A DNA stretch of 64,000 nucleotides, from NCBI RefSeq assembly GCF_002571385.2, contig NW_019217792.1:1144021-1208020 (forward strand), given 5' to 3'. The stretch comes from Stylophora pistillata (taxonomy: Eukaryota). Position 1 is the stretch's first letter. Every line of letters begins with the position of its first letter. A program made the position numbers and the translations under genes. The notes under the pieces are model-generated. The model was not told where the DNA came from. It saw only the letters and a program-made list of their open reading frames with translations, and did no database searches. Shown piece by piece: positions 59,722 through 64,000 of the stretch.

Positions 59722-60115
59722 TGGCGTGAGTAGTCCAGTGGTCAGTGCGCTGGACTCTGGGTCGGTTGACCCGGGTTCAAGTCCTAGCTGGGGCATGACC
59801 TTGTGTCCTTAAGCAAGACGCTGCACTCACATTGCTTTGTCTTCTCGGATAAGACGTAAAGCCGTAGGTTCCGTCTCCTGCAGGGTTAGGGGTAGGGGAC
59901 TTACATTTCCCATGCACGAGATTACTGTGTAGTGGATGTCCTCCCCGGGGTGGGGTGGGATGGGTGGGAAGGTGAGATCGCTACATGGACTGAAGCGGCT
60001 GCTAGAGGCGCCTGATAAAAATGCTGACGTCCGATCTCAACCTTATGATACTGTTAAGCGCGACTGAATATATCCACATAGAAGTCTGCACTATGTAAAT
60101 GTCAAAATGTAAATG
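59722..60115 (+). mobile_element. tRNA-derived SINE
   Basis: A-box-like TAGTCCAGTGG and B-box GGTTCAAGTCC. Followed by the TTGTGTCCTTAAGCAAGAC-type central motif and a 3' tail GCACTATGTAAATGTCAAAATGTAAATG. A more degraded relative lies at about 25290-25600. Confidence 0.75.
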
Positions 60116-62827
60116 GCTGAAAACAAGGGCACTTTTCATTTAACACTTGGGCAAAGTTGTAACAAACGCAAATCACAAATATGTGGGGCATGCTGTCAAA
60201 ATTTAGTCTGTCTAGGCTTTCTGTGATGCATTTTTCATGTAAATTATTAATAAGCAATAATATAATTTCAAGTGCAATTTTTTGTAAATAAGCACTTGAC
60301 TATAAATGTTTCTAAGACTACAAATTGCACTCACCCTACAGGTTTGTACAATTTTGCTGTCTTTGTAAACTTTACTTGTGCTTCTTTAACACCAAATTAC
60401 ACTTGAAATCATGTTATTACCTACACAACCATGACACACTAAAATGGCCAAGACTCCAATCCCTAGCCCAGCACATTTACCACTAGGTCTGTAAGTAGCT
60501 ACAAAGAAATCACCACTCCATATCTATTTTAACAATGTTTTAATGTCATTTAAAAATGTCATTTTTTTCTCAGTATAATATGTGGTTGACAAAAAGCATC
60601 AGCCAGCTAATATACAGAACTACACCAAGTGGCATTAATTCCACAATATTGTTGTTGTTCCAATGTAAACTAATTTTATACACTCTCACAAAGAGCATTC
60701 CTGATGTGAGCTTATTGTCTGAAATCATGTTCAACATTTTCTTAAATGGAAGTATTGAATTGTAATGAACTCTTCACATTTACCAAACTTTTTTTTTTTT
60801 TAAAAAATTGTATAAAAAGATTAAGATTAAAATAGTTCCAGTCTGTGTAATTGTAAACACTAAGTGTTCAGAGATTCCTCAATAGTTTTAGGTTTATGAT
60901 AATTCACAATTTTCAGAGGCAATTTTCAGGGTTCAAATACCATGAAGTCAAACATTAAGCTCTGGAATATACTAACATACCTACAAAAATGATATCAAAA
61001 TCACCTCATATTGCAAATATTACAAAAAGCTGAACATCAGAGAAAAGCTGATGAAAACCTGTACATTACCAATAAAACCTTAAATACATAAACTTACTTT
61101 GTTGCTTACAAATTCTACTCCATCACAATAATCTAGGGTACCAAATTATGATCAGAAGTCACTAAACCTTGACTACATACTAGTTTTATTCTCCAATTAT
61201 TGTTTTCCTTAAAAGGAACTCTGAAGTTAGATGTTCAAGAACATGACTTCTAGTCTAGCCTTCTAATTTGTATCATGCATGTGTTCTGTAATTCTTGTTA
61301 CTTATTGGTGATTCCTCATTGTTGCCAACTCTTTGAGATGAAATAGTGATCAAGGGAGCAATGTCATGATTTTTTAAATAGTTCTTTTCAACTTCAGAAT
61401 AGTGGATCAAAAAACGAAAAACATCAAACAAAACATGAATGGTATAAGATTAATTCAGATTGCAGACATCACATTGATGTACAATTGACATAGCTCCCTT
61501 AAGGTGTAGCCAAGGATGATGGCAATTTCATGCAGAGTAAATAGATATTTCCATTTAAGAATGAGTACTACAAAACTGCTTGACCAGCAAGGATCTCTTG
61601 TCTAGCAAGAAACCATGTTCTGACCCCAAAAATTTGATCAATAATATGTTCCATCTCTAAAAACACCTTCCTTTATTTTCCCAGTATAAAATAGTGGCTG
61701 AAAAATGACTAAAAAACCTTGGCATCTTACCAATGAAATGTATAATTATTCCCGACTGGAAAATAGAACCTTAGATGGTTTGATGAAAATAAACCCAACT
61801 GTTGTCCTGAACGTTCTTAAAATAAATTCATTTGGAACCAAATTTCAGAAACATCCGACAGACTACAGTTCTTCAAAGTTTTTTAGTCCTAATTACTGAC
61901 TCTTGCAAGATGAACACAGTAATTTGTAGAATGCTTCAAACATTAATTAAAAGTACAAAAACAAAACATAACGTGTCTTCTCAACAGACCATTGAACATA
62001 CCTAAGTAGGCATTCATTCCAACCAGTGTTCCTAATATTAGCCATTTTCTACCTTTGCTACTTTAACTGTGTAGTAAAAATTATAATGGGTGTGTATTTT
62101 AGACCTATCCTAATAACAAAATTTCCCTGTTTAAAAATATTACTAGCATGTCAACATCAAAATGCATGAACTTACCAGTTCAACAGCTATCCTGCACGAA
62201 TACTTTCGTTAAACTTCAATCAAACCTCATAAAAATGTAAGGAATAATGGCATTTATAAAATGACAGACTAGAAAACCTTTTTACAAATATCCTCCAAAT
62301 ATTTCCAGTAGTATACATGTGAAATCTCTATAAATGCCAGGTTTATCATTTAAAACAATAAATCCCCAAAATTAAACTATGGTAAGATACAAAAAGAAAG
62401 TTTTCTCTAACTTGCCTACAGGAAGCATGGCTAAAATTTTCCCATTTTGAAATAAATTTTTGAGTAAATTCACAATCCCAAATTTGGTAGATGTCTGTGA
62501 AGAACAAAAAGACAAATTCAATCAGCAATGTTGACATGCTGTAACCACTAAACCCTACAACTTTGAAGAAATGTCACTCTACAAATTCTAAACATTTCTG
62601 GTCAATAATTTACTAGATAGAGCTTCATGAACAAAATTACCACACCCTCACACTAGGTACCAAACCATCAAATGTACCTGATATACCTTAAACTTAACAA
62701 TATCAAGTGTAATAAAAACATGTTCTGTCCTGGTGTCGAGCTATTGTGCACCAAATTTACGGTCAGTTCCCTGGCCTGTTTCTTTTTCATAAACATTATG
62801 ATCCGTAACACTAGTTAATTTATGTGA

Positions 62828-64000
62828 TTACTCATCTATGTCATCCAACATGTGCTGGGTCAAACTCTCAATGCTGGTTTCATCTGGATACTTATCAAGG
62901 ATCTTGAGAACTTTCTCAACTTCATCAGGGAATATTTCACAAAGCTTGTCGTAGGCATTGATTCTGAGATCCTCATGTGATGATGGGTTATCACCCTCTT
63001 CAGGATTATCTGTCACATCACGAGAGATTCCACCAATTATTGGGGGAGCTCGTGAGCGGAACATGTAGTTGTTGTTCTGTCCACATGGAGTGCGACTATG
63101 ATCATATGGTGGAGCTGGTCTATAGTGATGATACTGCTGTACAGGAGGGTATTGATGGTGTGCCGGTGGGAATGGTGGAAGGTTCCAGTGGTTTGGCGGA
63201 AGGCTTGCTGGTGGGTGGCCCTTGTAATGTGACGGGCTACTGACAGGTGGATTGGAGTGGTACTGAGGTCTATATTGGTATGGGCTCCCTCCAAACATCT
63301 GCTCTTGGATCATCCAGTCAACCTTTTCCCTTGGCATTCGAGGTAGTGTCATAGAGCCACGCACCATAATATCAGGGTGTCCAGAATGGGATGAATACTG
63401 TGGAGGATGATAGGCATGGGGTAGACTTCCGCGTCGCAACATTGTGCCGACAGGGCCAACTGGAGCACCGCCACAAGCTTGGTCTTGAACACTTCCAATG
63501 CTATGAGTTCTCTGAAACCGGACTTGCATTGCTTGCACATCAGGAGGAAGTTGTTTTTGACATGGCAATGGGTCAGATCTCCGCTCCCCAATTCCCACGA
63601 CCTGGCCTGTCCTTAAGGTTGGTGGAAACACCCTTGCCATCTCTGCAGGGAATTCACTGTGTGGTGGTAATGGCAGAGGCTTTTGAAGAAATTCTGTTGG
63701 TGTGGCTGGCAGTGGCCTTGGAGGGCACGGCGGCAGTGGTTTAGGTGGCCTTGAAACATGGCCATAGGGGACTTCTGGAGGTAGATGTGCTGTGTTTGCT
63801 GGAACACAATTTACCTCTCTCCCTTGATTTCTGTCAGGGTGAAGAAATCTGCAGCGTTTTCCATATGTGCATTTGCTTAAATATGGACACAATTTTCCAC
63901 ATCCCTTTTTGAGGAATTCATCCAAGGTAGGACCATGCCTCCCTATGGGGTCATCCGGTGGCATGAATTTGTCATCAACAAATGAGTACATCAAAAGACG
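62828..64000 (-). CDS. ZC3H12: Regnase/MCPIP (ZC3H12) family endoribonuclease, last coding exon; gene continues beyond the window
   Basis: End of the PIN/NYN domain [34 protein letters not shown] finger [18 protein letters not shown]. Pro-rich linker. C-terminal helical domain [23 protein letters not shown]. Confidence 0.93.
   Translation of the reverse strand, partial: RLLMYSFVDDKFMPPDDPIGRHGPTLDEFLKKGCGKLCPYLSKCTYGKRCRFLHPDRNQGREVNCVPANTAHLPPEVPYGHVSRPPKPLPPCPPRPLPATPTEFLQKPLPLPPHSEFPAEMARVFPPTLRTGQVVGIGERRSDPLPCQKQLPPDVQAMQVRFQRTHSIGSVQDQACGGAPVGPVGTMLRRGSLPHAYHPPQYSSHSGHPDIMVRGSMTLPRMPREKVDWMIQEQMFGGSPYQYRPQYHSNPPVSSPSHYKGHPPASLPPNHWNLPPFPPAHHQYPPVQQYHHYRPAPPYDHSRTPCGQNNNYMFRSRAPPIIGGISRDVTDNPEEGDNPSSHEDLRINAYDKLCEIFPDEVEKVLKILDKYPDETSIESLTQHMLDDIDE

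Noticed and set aside
59722-59805. Possible tRNA gene
   Set aside because: A and B boxes are present, but there is no clean acceptor stem and it continues into a SINE body and tail.
62977-63807. Overlapping alternative-frame ORFs within the Regnase exon
   Set aside because: Expected by-products of a Pro-rich, stop-poor coding exon, with no independent evidence.

Overview
AT-rich, intron-rich eukaryotic DNA. Gene content and repeat families suggest a cnidarian, probably a stony coral (inference, not verified). Six protein-coding genes can be built by hand. (1) A short DUF21/CNNM-CBS metal transporter (+, 4936-9822). (2) A convergent SLC28/CNT nucleoside transporter (-, 10996 to beyond 18088). 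(3) A 21-exon exportin-4 (+, 24015-44414). (4) An IAP with a single coding exon, BIR-BIR-UBA-RING (-, 47486-50194). (5) Prefoldin-3/VBP1 (+, 50636-58427), head-to-head with the IAP. (6) The last exon of a Regnase/ZC3H12 RNase (-, 62828-64000). Introns and intergenic DNA hold Kolobok-, Harbinger-, Tc1/mariner- and piggyBac-type elements, degraded LINEs, a tRNA-derived SINE and Penelope-type hammerhead fragments. The most notable signals are: three U12 minor-spliceosome introns (one AT-AC); two upstream ORFs ahead of the putative Mg transporter, one in frame and separated from the CDS by a single TAG; a cluster of NF-kB-type sites next to the IAP; a 1.3-kb TSD-flanked insertion with hammerhead-derived fold-back ends; a 2A-like motif at the start of a LINE; and a spliced Met-less orphan ORF downstream of the IAP. 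All family assignments come from recognising motifs by eye. No database searches were run.
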